A DNA stretch of 28,927 nucleotides from Trichinella spiralis. Its lineage: Eukaryota. The notes under the pieces are model-generated. The model did not search any database, was not told the DNA's origin, and was given only the letters and a program-made list of their open reading frames with translations. Each line of letters opens with the position of its first letter. Position 1 is the first letter of the stretch. The stretch spans positions 7,771,566 through 7,800,492 of the forward strand of contig NW_003526943.1 of the NCBI RefSeq assembly GCF_000181795.1, written 5' to 3'. Both the position numbers and the translations under genes were made by a program. This document shows positions 10,727 to 23,548 of this stretch, piece by piece.

Positions 10727-11598
10727 TAAAATGACTTTAAACTTTATTTTATTGCAATTAAATTTAAGGCGCAGCAAAATTTCGGTTTTTGTTTGTTGCC
10801 TTTGGCTGTATCTGTTAAGTTTCCTTTTGCTGCGTGAAAAACAAATTTATTTAACGTTTTAAAAATTGAAAAGCAATTTCTCAAACGTCTTGTCATATTT
10901 ACAACTCTACTGTTGCTTTGATGAAACATCAGAAAAGAGCCGAGTTAGGTGTTATTCATCTTTTTAAATGTTCAAACATTTTTATTAGATAAGATTTTTT
11001 TATTTACAGATGCAAGCTTCAAGTGAAAATTGTTTCTCAATCATTCACACGTGTCAGTGATGATATTTGAGGATAGATTAATTACGTAGACAAGTTGAGA
11101 GAAAACCAAATACTTCCAATCAAGCTTTTAGATGGGAAGTACAATATGATTATAATAAGCGAGTTTTGCCATTGGCATTGCTCATACAAACTGTTGTCAG
11201 CTGCTTGCGTGGCGATAAATAATATGATAAGAAAAGCATAAATTATTCATCGAAAGTCCATTCAACTCGACGACGTCAACTACGCATTTGTTTAATATAA
11301 ATACATATGCGAATCGCATGTCGACGTAAAATTGGACATTTCGAAGAAGCGGTTGTTCCGTAAACATTTCCGAAAAGTATGAGTTATTATTATTTCATTG
11401 AATGTTTGTTTTTTTTTGACAATTTACTTTTGATTATTGATTTTTCAAATAAGTAAGATTGAATGCAAATTACTGTATGGAAATTAAATTTTGACGTGTT
11501 AAATTATTGACAACGATCAGTTGCAAAAATAAAACAAATTCCTTTCATACTGTAATTCTTGTGCCTGAATATTAGGCTACGGTACATTTCCATTTAAG

Positions 11599-12992
11599 TG
11601 TCATCTGAAGTTGTTGACAAGTCGGAAACAAAAGATACGGTCGTAATGGCAAACTCGACGCTTCAACGCAGTCGTGCTGATTCGAAAGATCGTCTCAATC
11701 TGATATACATGTTGTTCGTTTTGAACGGCATCGGCACACTGCTTCCTTGGAACATGTTCATCAACGCGCAGAGCTATTTCACCAAATTCAAATTTGCCGA
11801 CGCTCCTGAATACGCCAACCATTTCCTCGCCTGCGTCGGCATATGCGCTCAAGTTCCCAATTTGTTGTTCAACTTGTTGAACGTGTTTTTGCCGTCGAAA
11901 TCCGGCATCGGCCTTCGAGTGTTGGGTTCGCAGGCTGTTATTGCCGCAGTGCTGCTTCTTTCGGCCATACTTCCCACGGTGGACAGCTCCAACTGGGTGG
12001 ACTTGTTTTTCTTTATCACCATGGTCTCTGTGGTGCTGGTCAACTCTGCCGTCGGCATTTATCAGAATTCACTATTCGCCCTGTCGGCCGACTTCCCCAT
12101 GCGCTACAGCAACGCCGTTGTGATCGGCTCCAACTTGAGCGGCTCTTTGACCTCGGTACTCTACCTGATCAGCTTGGTTGTCAGTCCCAGCTATCCGGTC
12201 GCGGCGACCGTCTACTTCATCACCGCGTTGCTTGTCATTCTCTGCTGCATGTTCGCATTTCAATTATCCTGCCGTTGGAACCACTTTTTCCGCCTCCACT
12301 CCTCACTGGCCAATGCCACGACGGTCGACAATTGTCGCCTGCTGACCACGAGTCGATCGTCGATTTGCACCGCTCTGCGCGCCCAGTGCAAGCAGTACTA
12401 CGACGTGTTCAAAAAGCTCAAGCTGCAACTGTTCAACATCTACTTTCTGTTTTTGGTCTCGTTGGCCGTGTTCCCGGCTCTGAGCGGTGGCGTTGAGCCG
12501 ATCTCGACCGACTCTATGCCTCTGGCGCCACGCTACTTCTCGGCCGTGTGCTGCTTTTTGACATTCAACTTGTTCGCCTTGTTCGGCAACCTCGCCAGTG
12601 CTTGGATTCACCTCCCGCTGAGTGACCGTTGGCTCTCGTTGGCGATCTCGTCGCGTGTGCTCTTCGTACCGTTTTTCATGTTCTGCAACTTCCTGCCCAA
12701 GCAACGGACCCTGGCGGTGCTGGTGCGCAACGACTGGCTCTACGTGACAATGCACGCGCTGTTGGCGTTCACATCCGGATACTTTTCCAGCTTGCTGATG
12801 ATGCGCATCCCACGTTCGGTGGAGCCGTCAAAGTCGCGCGTTGCGGCCATGCTGGCGACGTTTTTTCTCGTCTTCGGCATCTTCTGCGGCGTGCACGTCA
12901 GCTTGTTCCTCACCTACGCGGTCGAACACCTCGGACCTTGCATGCCGGCTCTCGAAACGAACCACACCGAGGTGCTCTGTGGACAATTGTAA
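11599..12992 (+). CDS. Equilibrative nucleoside transporter (SLC29/ENT family), ~11 TM. First in-exon ATG at 11646; exon starts after the TTTAAG acceptor at 11598
   Basis: Motifs LNGIGTLLPWNMFINA..YF, QVPNLLF, GIYQNSLFAL..FPMRYSNAVVIGSNLSG, VSLAVFP, FLTFNLFALFG, SRVLFVPFFMFCN, AFTSGYFSSLLMM..P. Confidence 0.95.
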
Positions 12993-15900
12993 ATTCTGTT
13001 CCAGATCATTTTGGTCGACTTTGTTTTTTTTCACAATAGTACAGCAATAGTCCACGTGTAAATCTTTTTCCGTTTGTTTGTTTGTTTGTATGCATGCCTG
13101 CTTTTCTTCTCTATGTATGCTTTTCTGGGCTTATCAATTTTTATCGATTTACGATGATTAATATTCAAAGAAAAGTGCACAATTTTCGATTGATAACGAT
13201 ATCAAAAGAAATTGTTGCACCATTTTGAGGTGTGTTCAGTGTAGAAATGGCAATAGAAAAGGTCAAATTCCCCCCAAGAAAAAAAAGAAAAGTGGAAATC
13301 TCTCAACTGCTGTTAAAGGAGAACAACAGAACGCTATGGCCTGGAATCGATCTGATTTGATCTGTTTGATGCAAATTAATGACGGAGGATGACCTAATGA
13401 AAGCGGGTCGAATTTGAAAGCCTGATAATTGATTCGACAACTTTCGGACAGAGTTGTCCAGTGGAAATATTGAATCGGCTTCGTGCGTCTTGTACATGAA
13501 CCGAATTGAACAGCAAGATCGAAAAAGCAGAGCCTGGACTAGCAGCTAGCTAGAACTTGAAGTCGTACTGTACAAGAGGCCTGGATGAGAGCGGTCAACG
13601 AGATGCTACCAGTGGCAGAATAATGATCGTTACGTATCTCCAATTCAAATTTCACACGGTACGGTACGGGAAAATTCGAATGCAATCCAATACTTGTCAC
13701 TTTTCTCATCATCCAGCCTATGGAAACTGCTCGTCGCATGGAACAAATTCACCACACATATATGGTCAACACTGAGAATTATCCACATTTTCAGTATTTG
13801 TTTCAGACAATAATAGGAATAAATTGATTGAAAATATTGCTGATCATTGAAATTCAATTCGCAAACAACACGGTAACTGTTTTTAATACAAATTTTTAAC
13901 AGGAATATATAAATATATTTATTTATTTAAAAAAGAAAAAGTAAAAAATTACTTTTTAAATTAAATTATTTACGTTGATTACAAGTGTGCAATGAAATTA
14001 TTTTGCTGCTTGCTTGTCGTGATAATTTATTTATAAAAGATTTTTTTGGATTTTTAAAAATTTCTGTCAAAGAACGAAAGCACAAGTTTGTGTTAGAATA
14101 AACTTGGAAAATAAAGATGACTATGGAAATTTTAGAAAAAACAACTGAGCCCAGATGTTGCAGTTTTACAGCTTTTTCCATAAATTTAATAGAACAATTG
14201 CAAACGAAAATATATTTCACAAACAATAAAATTGATTGATTTTCAATTTGAACGACAACAGCAAAACGCGTTTGTTTGTTGATTCGGTTGGTTCAGCTTA
14301 TAGCAGTAGCAGACGACATTTTTTCTTGGAATGGGTAAATTGAAGAATAAAAGATATTCCAAATCTTTGGACCATCTGCTTCAATCTGAACAATCAGCAG
14401 CAGCAGCAGCAGGTTGGTGAGAGAAAGCTTGATGTCTGTTTGTTGTTTTGGGCATTGGCGAGCTTATTTGACATTAACGTTGCTTTGTTTTTGTTTTCCA
14501 CAATTATTATTCGTATGTTTTTTTTGTGTTTGTGAAAAATTGAACATTAATTCGTGATCATCAAATATGAGTCGACTTCCGCCACAGTTGTACACTGTAC
14601 ACACTGTATTTCAACAGTGTCAAGTGTACAGTAAATTCAGAATTGCAATTAGTTGGAGCAGCAGGGTAAATGCAAAACTGTCGTTTGAATTGCCATGGAT
14701 AGCGGATATCACGAATGCTTATTTTTAATAGAAAAAATTCTATTTAAAATTGTTTTTCATATCGAAAATTAATATTCAAATGCAACATCCCTCTTTTTGC
14801 ACAGCTCTCACAAATAGACTTTCATCAATTTAAACGAAGGCAGTGAATATTGTGTTAATTTGTTTTTTCATAATTTTATTTTAAATTTCATATTTGTTTT
14901 AATTTCTCAGCTGTTCCTATTTAAAATCTCTTTAGAGCAAATTTACACAACACATTAGACAAGAATTACATTAAAAAAAATAAAAATTTTCGTCGTTTTC
15001 ATCGTAATAAACGTCTTTCTGCTTTGACGATATTTCTATTACGGCAGATTTTTTCCTTGCGTTCTTTTTTATCGGTATAAAAATGTTATTACTTCTAATT
15101 TCAGTATAATTTGATCTCATTAAAATGCTTTTTTATCTGCGTCGACATCATTTCATCACCTGATAATTTTTAATATCTCATTACTTAATGTTTCTCATCC
15201 GTGAATAATTCCAATATTCATTTGATGATTCTTTCATTTATTGAAATTTTTCATTTAGTATTTTAAACTTTTACTATATTATTTTGAGAAGTTTTATTAT
15301 CATTTATTTAAATATTTCGTTGTAATGTTTTTGTCATATTATAAGGTTAACGAGTCAACAGCAGCTTATGTTACACGTTGCAGTACATAAAAATTTTCAA
15401 CGAATAATGCTGATACGATGGAGCAACATGAAAAATAGTGGCAGTCAAGGTATCCTTAAAAGAGGATTATGTTTACTCAAATTAATCATTTTACCTTAAT
15501 CAGGTTGAGCATAAAAATAAAGTCTGATTTTAATAAGCAAAATCTGCATTTCCTGCGTTAATCCCATTTGAATTGTAAGTTATATACTCAGAAAACGATG
15601 TTGCAGATGATGAAATAAATGTCTACTATTAAACTGACATACACGCAACGGAAAGTAAAATATATGGAAACTAAGTCCATTCTTGTTTCATTCTGTACCA
15701 AAATCTGACGACTGATGAAAATTATGCAGTTTCACTGTTCATTATTACACAAATATTTATATGCTAACACACTGCAAAAAATGGTGAAATTTACATCTGT
15801 GCAACTGTGTGATATTTATTACTACGAAAAACAAACAAGCACCACAACAGCTGCGCTGATAATATGGAAAATGTTGCTTTTGTTATATTTTGATATGCAA

Positions 15901-18522
15901 GCTATCAAAAGAACAAATATTATGTAAATAAAAAAGAAACAATTACAAAGAAATGTTTCAGCAGATAAAACTGCTTTCGTGAAATTCACAATACCACCTT
16001 GTTGCAATTTCTAATTATTAGTTTGATCAACCCTTGACTAGCATCATTAATACAAAATAATGTCAAAAGGGGATACTTTTATTCTCAACATAGTAAGAGT
16101 AATTTTTATTAAAAAAATTAAAATTTCATCTACTTGAACAGAAAGAAAAAAAATTTATCAACACATTGTAAAATTGTGAAAATTGTTTCAACACTTGAAC
16201 TTAACCACTTGCAATATTTCATTTTATGCATTCTGTTTAAAATCCCTTTTAGCAAACAGAATTGAAAAACAAATTTCGAGCTATTTGATATAAAGTAAAA
16301 CATTTTATATGAGAACAAAAGCGATTTTCTCAGTGTAGTTAAATGCATTCAGCTGCTCACAATGGCCTCTACTTGTTGTTTCTGCTGAACAACTGCTTTG
16401 TACAATGCTTAAAGTTTTTGAATGCTTAGTTGCATCAGCTTAACAATTGCGCATAATAAATCAACACAACAATGGACTTGTTACTTTCTGCATTAATCAA
16501 TGACAGAAATGTTTGGAGACATGAAAAACAGCTTGGCTAATTTGCTGCTTCTTGAAAAATGAACGTTTATGCATGTTACAATTTATTCTAGTTAAATAAT
16601 AAAATGCCTAACAAAATAAGATTTTCATCAAAAATTTTCCCAATAATAAACAGCTATTTTCATTTTTCTCCAAATATCATTGAAACAAATGTGTATAATA
16701 TCTTGAGAAAAACAAAAAATCTGTTTTCACTTCATTGCCCTTCAAAGTGTCGCCTTCAACAATATCACTTCAAATTTATTGCAGAACAATGTAATTTATA
16801 TTGATAAAAAATAAATATCTGAATTTTTTATCAAACCTCCTTTTTAGAGATAATTCCACTACTTAAAATGGGCGTAAAAAATAAGTATCTGAAAACCTAT
16901 TGCAAAAGATGCAAGAATGGAAACAAATTTCTGCATTACATATTGCTAAAAGTAAAAATTATTTAAAAAATTATCAATTTGATAATAACAATGCATGTAT
17001 TATGAACCTTTACAATTAAAGCGTCATATTTTATTGAAAGTAATAACATAAATTTTATATCTTCAATTAAACATTACAAACGTTAAATGTTTCAAGAATT
17101 ATTTCACTCGGTTTTCAGAAAATGTTCTGATTATTAATTAAAAATTTGCATTCTGCTATTCCATTCCATAAAGCAATTCGTTCAAAGAACAAATAGAAAT
17201 AATGAATTACGTGTTAATAATTTCTTAACTTTCATTATCCAAATTATGCATTATATTCATTTTGAGCACATTTTTCAAATATACATATACAACAGATGCA
17301 CAGATTTTTTGTTGATACTTTTAAGTTACTGTTTTTTGTTGGTCTTCAACAGTTAGAATGCCATTAGCTGATAATTTCTATTTCATTAGCTACTAGCAGT
17401 TAATGATGAATCATTACATTATTTTACGTTTCATAGGCCAAAATATTTCTATTACAATTTTCATAACTTTAAAGTTGAATTTCTAATTCAAATTTTTATT
17501 AAAATTTTTTATGTCACTTTTGTTTTGTTACTTGGGAAATTATTCATTTCTAATATTTGTTTTGAAAGGAGAATAGCCTACAGCTATACATAGCGAGAGT
17601 CAACATCAAGCGTTGTTTGCTCAAATAACTGGAAAAAGCACGTGACTTAGCCAGCGTTGTTTGCTTAGACGTTTATAATAAGCATGTATGAAAATGTGTT
17701 TTCGTTCCGGGCAAAAACATCGCATGATATAGATACAAAATTTTTTGTGCATTAGATTACACATGCACAATTTAGTCTGTTATTCATTCAATCAAATTAA
17801 TTAAAAATATAAATGTGGAACAAATATTTAACATACAAATCAGTAGACGCTCTGTGATGCAATCGCGTAATACTAAATAGCATTAGCGAAGTGTATGGAA
17901 ATAAGTAACAAGTATTCACGGAAATTCGATATTTGCAGGGATGCCTTAACGTTTATGTTGCAGGTCAACTCCCTTCAAGCCCATGCTGGGTAAGCCAAGG
18001 AAATAGTATCTTTTATCCTACACCATAAGTTAGGATGAACAAATAATGAGAATTTAATTATTACATTGATATTAATATCTTAATCGAACTGAAAAAAATT
18101 AGTTTCAATAACCTAATTCAAGATATACCTTATTTACAAAACAAACAAATATCAACGGTGAATTTATTAACAGTAAAATTATTTGAAAGCATCTTCAACG
18201 GCATTAACATCAACAGCAGTTACAATTCAAGCATATATAATGTTACGCAAAAATAAGCATCAGTGCTAACGGTGTAGGTGGCGCCACTTGTCACTGTGAA
18301 TAAAGTTAGTTGTCATGACGACCTTCAATCCAATCATGACTAACGCTAGAGGTACGGCGTCGATGACAACCAATAGAATATTTACACAATATTATAAAAG
18401 AACGCACCCAAGCAATGACAAAGCAGTCTATGGAGAATGTGCGTATTTCTTGGTCAGTGTGTTTGGTGATTGTTCCTCCTGGCTAATAGATGTATAACAG
18501 TGATTGTTCCCCTACTTTGGTT

Positions 18523-19562
18523 ATGACAGGACGCGGTGTACCAAACACTACAGAGAACGGCACAGAGAAAGCTTGATGCCGACCTCCCTAAGAAAATCTT
18601 TAAAGAACCTGCCATATTACGGCTGTTATTATCGTTGAGAAGAATTTACATTATCAGCATTCTTTGAAACGACTCACTGTGTCAATGCGCTGTGTGATGT
18701 TTGTCAGCGAAACAGTCCCTAAGCGTCAGTATGGGCAAGTAGATTTCTGGATACAGAAATCATCGAGGAACTAAAAGAAATTTGGCTACCAGCTTACGTT
18801 GGTGAAGAAGAAGAAGGAGAAGAAACAGAAGAGGATGAATGATGACGAACATTTCGCCCAAATGAAAATGTAACGAAGCTTGTGCATTGTCGTCGCACAT
18901 GTCAGCCCCTTCAAAGATTAATTCCTTAGAAAAAGGAAAATTCAAATGGAATTTGAAATGGCCATGATTTTGAGCAGAAAAAACAATGCAGGTGTTGCAA
19001 GCATAGGCATCCATTGCAGTAACAGGGATGCACACTGGAAAGCCATTTCGAAAGAAATGGCTGAATGTTAGAGAGGCGTGCAATGAACGGCATTAGCAAT
19101 TGTTGCAAAGTCATTCTGAAGATTGGAACCAAAAATTAAAAGGTACGTTCAAAATTTCGGCAAGAAATTGAAACCTTCGTCAGCAGATATCACCACCTGA
19201 TGTCCACAACATCGATTTTATTTTTCCTGTAGAATCGACTCGATCAAAAATCAGACGCGACATTAATTAAAAATCAGCTGACAACAATGCGGAGCATTAA
19301 GAAGAAATATGTGACACGCCCCGCTGTTCTTAGCAGTTGAATACGGTTTTCTGCTGTTCTCGATCCACTGGAGCACCGTGTATGACGAACTGTGGATATA
19401 GAATTTGGAAAGATTGACCAGCACTTGCTTTTGGCTGGATGGTCCATGTTAGACAAAGAAGTCGAAAGTTCGAATGAACTCGCTGAATTCCAACGTCACT
19501 TCAACGCCCTGTTGGCAGATCGCAAGATCGAATCGCGCTGGACAGGGCACACGACTGTGTGA
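18523..19562 (+). pseudogene. Decayed, apparently intronless coding relic with a possible RING-finger remnant and an acidic tract
   Basis: GC-richer block with long reading stretches broken by stops and frameshifts: KKIFKEPAIL / GCYYR*EEFTLSAF..LCDVCQR..EIIEELKEIWLPAYVGEEEEGEETEEDE, later VDIEFGKIDQHLLLAGW..FQRHFNALL. AATAAA signals at ~19651-19663. Confidence 0.35.
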
Positions 19563-20491
19563 ACATGCACTCGCCAACATGACGTTTTGCTGTTGTTATT
19601 TGCTATCTATTTCTGTCTGTATTAAATGATTACCTCTGACAGGAAAGCTATAATAAAAATAAAATTTTGAATTTTTTGCAAGTTTTATGCAGCATATAAA
19701 AAATGAAAAAAATGTGACAGAAGTTTCATTTTACATTTAAATGAAGTGGAGTTTACACAAATGGTGCTTCATATTTGAGTTTTACAATCAAAAAACTATT
19801 CTAATAAGTTCAATAAAGTTATTCATTTTTTATTGATCTTCGTATCTGAACAAATTCAATTGTCAGTTATATCACAAAAGTTATTTCATTCAACAAAATC
19901 AATTTATATGATTATTTGAATGATAGTTTACAATATAACTAGCCACTTCAAGCTAACCAGTTGAAGCAATTCAAAAAAATTGCAGAGGTACGGGTTATCG
20001 ATTTATATTTTAAGCGTTAATTTATTTCCTGTTGAAATTTATCAGGATTGGATGTTACCTTCCGGGTGTAATGGTCAGAATACTGAATAATCCTGCTTGA
20101 AAAATNNNNNNNNNNNNNNNNNNNNNNNNNNNNNNNNNNNNNNNNNNNNNNNNNNNNNNTTGATACAATAAAAATATAGAATAAATGATAAAAAATTATT
20201 TTCAAAAAATACTGATAATGAAAAAGTATAGACTACACAAACAAATAATATATTTAAATAAACAAAAATTTCAATGAATGATGAAACTTCAAACAGACAA
20301 TAAAATTTTGGAATAATAAATATCTTCATTTTTTATGTTACGTCACTATTATTAAAGTTACGTAATCCTAAATGGAATATTGGAACCAATGAAATGAAAA
20401 AATATTACAGCTAATCACAAGGGAAAGATTTTAATCAATGAACAATTAGACAAGGAAAACCAATACGACAAAGACTTTACGGTTTAATAAG

Positions 20492-20541
20492 ATAGCGAGG
20501 TCAACGACCAATAATAAAATAGCGAGGACAACGACCAATAA
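20492..20541 (+). repeat. Short tandem duplication, 27-bp period
   Basis: ATAGCGAGGTCAACGACCAATAA (20492) and ATAGCGAGGACAACGACCAATAA (20519). Confidence 0.85.
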
Positions 20542-20589
20542 ATGAAAAGTGGGACCGAATGGGAATAAAATTGAGCCCAAGTGGGACCA
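20540..20589 (+). repeat. 50-bp dispersed repeat, copy 1
   Basis: AAATGAAAAGTGGGACCGAATGGGAATAAAATTGAGCCCAAGTGGGACCA; 47/50 identical to the reverse complement of 28678-28727. Confidence 0.9.
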
Positions 20590-20642
20590 AACCGAAAATT
20601 AATTATATATAGAAGTAAAATACAACTCACATCAAACATTGA

Positions 20643-20749
20643 GTAGCACGGTGGCAAGTCATATAGCTTGAGGTGCAGGACTCATAGAGTACCATTCTCG
20701 CCGTCCCTTACAAATATTATAATATAATCCTAATGCACGCTACTCTACA
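20643..20749 (+). mobile_element. Degenerate copy of the tRNA-derived SINE-like element
   Basis: GTAGCACGGTGGCAAGTCATATAGCTTGAGGTGCAGGACTCATAG..ATAATCCTAATGCACGCTACTCTACA aligns by eye with 22754-22860. The B box has decayed. Confidence 0.7.
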
Positions 20750-21626
20750 GCTGCTCAGGATTGTATGCTGAACGACCCGCAGTTTATCGTGGGTCCACAC
20801 GACCATTAGATCCCTAATATTCCCTTTACAACGTACACTGTTCTACAGCTGATACATGTCTAATAGTAAAGCCTCAACGAGCGCAGAGTCAGCGGCGCTG
20901 TGTCTATTCAGCGGACAACGCTCTTCCGCGCAAGCAATATTTAATTCCTTATAATGAAGAGCACTTTTTAAAATAGTCGCATAAACAGCTTTATCCAGCA
21001 GCTGCACTACCAATACCGCAATAATTAAGAAGCATTAGTAGCTGGGCTTTCAGTTGACTGTAGCAGAAATAAATTTAGTAAAATGGAACGTCTATATAGA
21101 GAGAATAAATGTATCACATCTCGGTCAGGAAATTAAATGACTGAAAGTTTCGAATCACTTTTCATTAACTGTTGATTGTTAAAATATATTAAATCAAAAT
21201 ATTGCTTATCATTTTCAACATTTTGAAAAATTTTTAGCATTTGGTCAAAACTAAAAATGAAATATTTTTAAATTATAAAATTTCCTTAAGAAGAAAAAAC
21301 AAAATGATACAAACTGCTAAAAAGAAAAAACATGAACAAATGCCTGAAATGTTCGCACTGAAGGAGAATATTTAGAACAGCGGTATGCGGCTGCATAGGA
21401 TGTAACAGTACGCTCTATTATGCCCCAGATGGTCTTTTCAGACTATGTATTTATTTGGATTTTGGGATCTGGTGTTATGACCCCAACTACGAAATGCCAG
21501 TTTGTCGCCTTTTATGTCAATGAATTGTTTGTTATGTAACTGAACTTGCACTTTTAAGCTTCCATACACTTTATTATAATAATAATAATTTTCGATACAG
21601 ACATGTTGATGAATTTGAAATGATCT

Positions 21627-22335
21627 CTATGTGGAGGTGGTTGGCTTGTCATAACAGTTGCGACAGATTTTGTAGACGTGCTTTGTGCAGCACGGCACCT
21701 AGCATAATTCACAACATTTTATTTTTATCTTTCTTGGGTCGACTTATCACGATGAGGTGTCAGTATGAGCCCCCTAAGCGCTTCTAATAACCTTTTTCAT
21801 ATGCCCGAACAAACTTCACAATATAAATATTCCGCCTTTCGATTTAGAGTATTTTCTAAACGATTTCTACCACATTCTAACAGAAATAGCCTTCTTTGAG
21901 ACAATAAGAATCCCCGAATTTTTTGGTATGTAGCTTACTAGTGTAGCTTGTTTGTAACAATTGAGAATGAAATCATCCTGGTAATGGCTATACAACAAAC
22001 AGACAGAAACAATTTATCTACTGAATCACAAACATGCAAAGGAGAACGATCATTCTGCAGATATTCTTCCAGCAGTACTGCATTACTTTCCTTTCGCCAA
22101 TTCTTCCGGCAGTACTTGTTACTGCTTTTATATTAAATTCTGCCAAACGGGAAGTATTTTTCCTGCCAACAATGTTTAACTTCAAACGCTAGGAATTGGA
22201 GTTCTTTAACACAAGCTCTAACAATTGTTCATACAGTCTAAATTGTCTATAATAACAATAGAATCAAATGTTACTTTGACATCGGTCATCCCATTGTTAT
22301 GCTTCTTCCATACAGCTGAGGTGGTAAATATTTGC
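21627..22335 (-). mobile_element. piggyBac-superfamily transposase relic (stops, frameshifts, internal deletion)
   Basis: Minus strand fragments in piggyBac order: PQLYGRSITM (~22320-22292; cf. GRNITxDN), TSRLAE, ATLVSYIPKN (~21947-21918), RRLFLLECG (~21895-21870) and Cys-rich tail RKIKIKCCELC*VPCCTKHVYKICRNCY ending at TAG 21629-21627. Confidence 0.8.
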
Positions 22336-22649
22336 TACATGTAAAGTGAACATTTTCAACTAATGATTAAAAAATAATCATCACAATAAACATTCTATTT
22401 TTGACATGTCCAGTTAACATGATAAAAAGCATTTAAAAAATAAAATTATCAAATTTTATAAAATATTTACCGTTGAATTAAGAATAAAAATGATAAAATT
22501 TAATATTCACAAAAATTAAAAAGAACATAAGAGCAATGCAAAAAAATATAATAGTAAAATTGGATATGTAAAATTTTATAAATAATGCAATGTTTTGTAG
22601 TAAATATGCATTCCGTAATTATATTAGAAATTGAAAGATATTAACCGTC

Positions 22650-22860
22650 GGGCAGCGTGTAGCACGGTGGTAAGCCATACAGCTTGACGTGCTGAACTCA
22701 TAGGGTTCGATTCTCGCTTCCCCATGAAAATATCAAATATGATCCTAATGCATGTAGCACGGTGGTAAGCCATATAGCTTGACGTGCTGAACTCATAGGA
22801 TTCGATTCTCGCTGCCTCATGAAAATATCATGATATAATCGTAATGTGCGTTGCTCTACA
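22650..22860 (+). mobile_element. tRNA-derived SINE-like element with a tandemly duplicated head (95-bp period), next to the N gap
   Basis: Pol III A box TAGCACGGTGG (22660, 22755), B box GGTTCGATTCT (22704), anticodon-like hairpin CAGC-TTGACGT-GCTG, and acceptor-like pairing of GGCAGCG with CGCT(T/G)CC. Confidence 0.7.
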
Positions 22861-23548
22861 TCAGCATATTGCTCGTCACGGTTTATGTAGTCGAAAGTCA
22901 TGCAGTCTAACGTGCTATCCACAGGGGAANNNNNNNNNNNNNNNNNNNNNNNNNNNNNNNNNNNNNNNNNNNNNNNNNNNNNNNNNNNNNNNNNNNNNNN
23001 NNNNNNNNNNNNNNNNNNNNNNNNNNNNNNNNNNNNNNNNNNNNNNNNNNNNNNNNNNNNNNNNNNNNNNNNNNNNNNNNNNNNNNNNNNNNNNNNNNNN
23101 NNNNNNNNNNNNNNNNNNNNNNNNNNNNNNNNNNNNNNNNNNNNNNNNNNNNNNNNNNNNNNNNNNNNNNNNNNNNNNNNNNNNNNNNNNNNNNNNNNNN
23201 NNNNNNNNNNNNNNNNNNNNNNNNNNNNNNNNNNNNNNNNNNNNNNNNNNNNNNNNNNNNNNNNNNNNNNNNNNNNNNNNNNNNNNNNNNNNNNNNNNNN
23301 NNNNNNNNNNNNNNNNNNNNNNNNNNNNNNNNNNNNNNNNNNNNNNNNNNNNNNNNNNNNNNNNNNNNNNNNNNNNNNNNNNNNNNNNNNNNNNNNNNNN
23401 NNNNNNNNNNNNNNNNNNNNNNNNNNNNNNNNNNNNNNNNNNNNNNNNNNNNNNNNNNNNNNNNNNNNNNNNNNNNNNNNNNNNNNNNNNNNNNNNNNNN
23501 NNNNNNNNNNNNNNNNNNNNNNNNNNNNNNNNNNNNNNNNNNNNNNNN

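Noticed and set aside
13303..13857. Cluster of short ORFs in a moderately GC-rich patch
   Set aside because: No phase-consistent exon chain and no recognisable protein.
22650..22850. CRISPR-like repeat array or a functional tRNA-Val gene
   Set aside because: Eukaryotic context, near-identical whole units without unique spacers, and poorly paired D and T arms.
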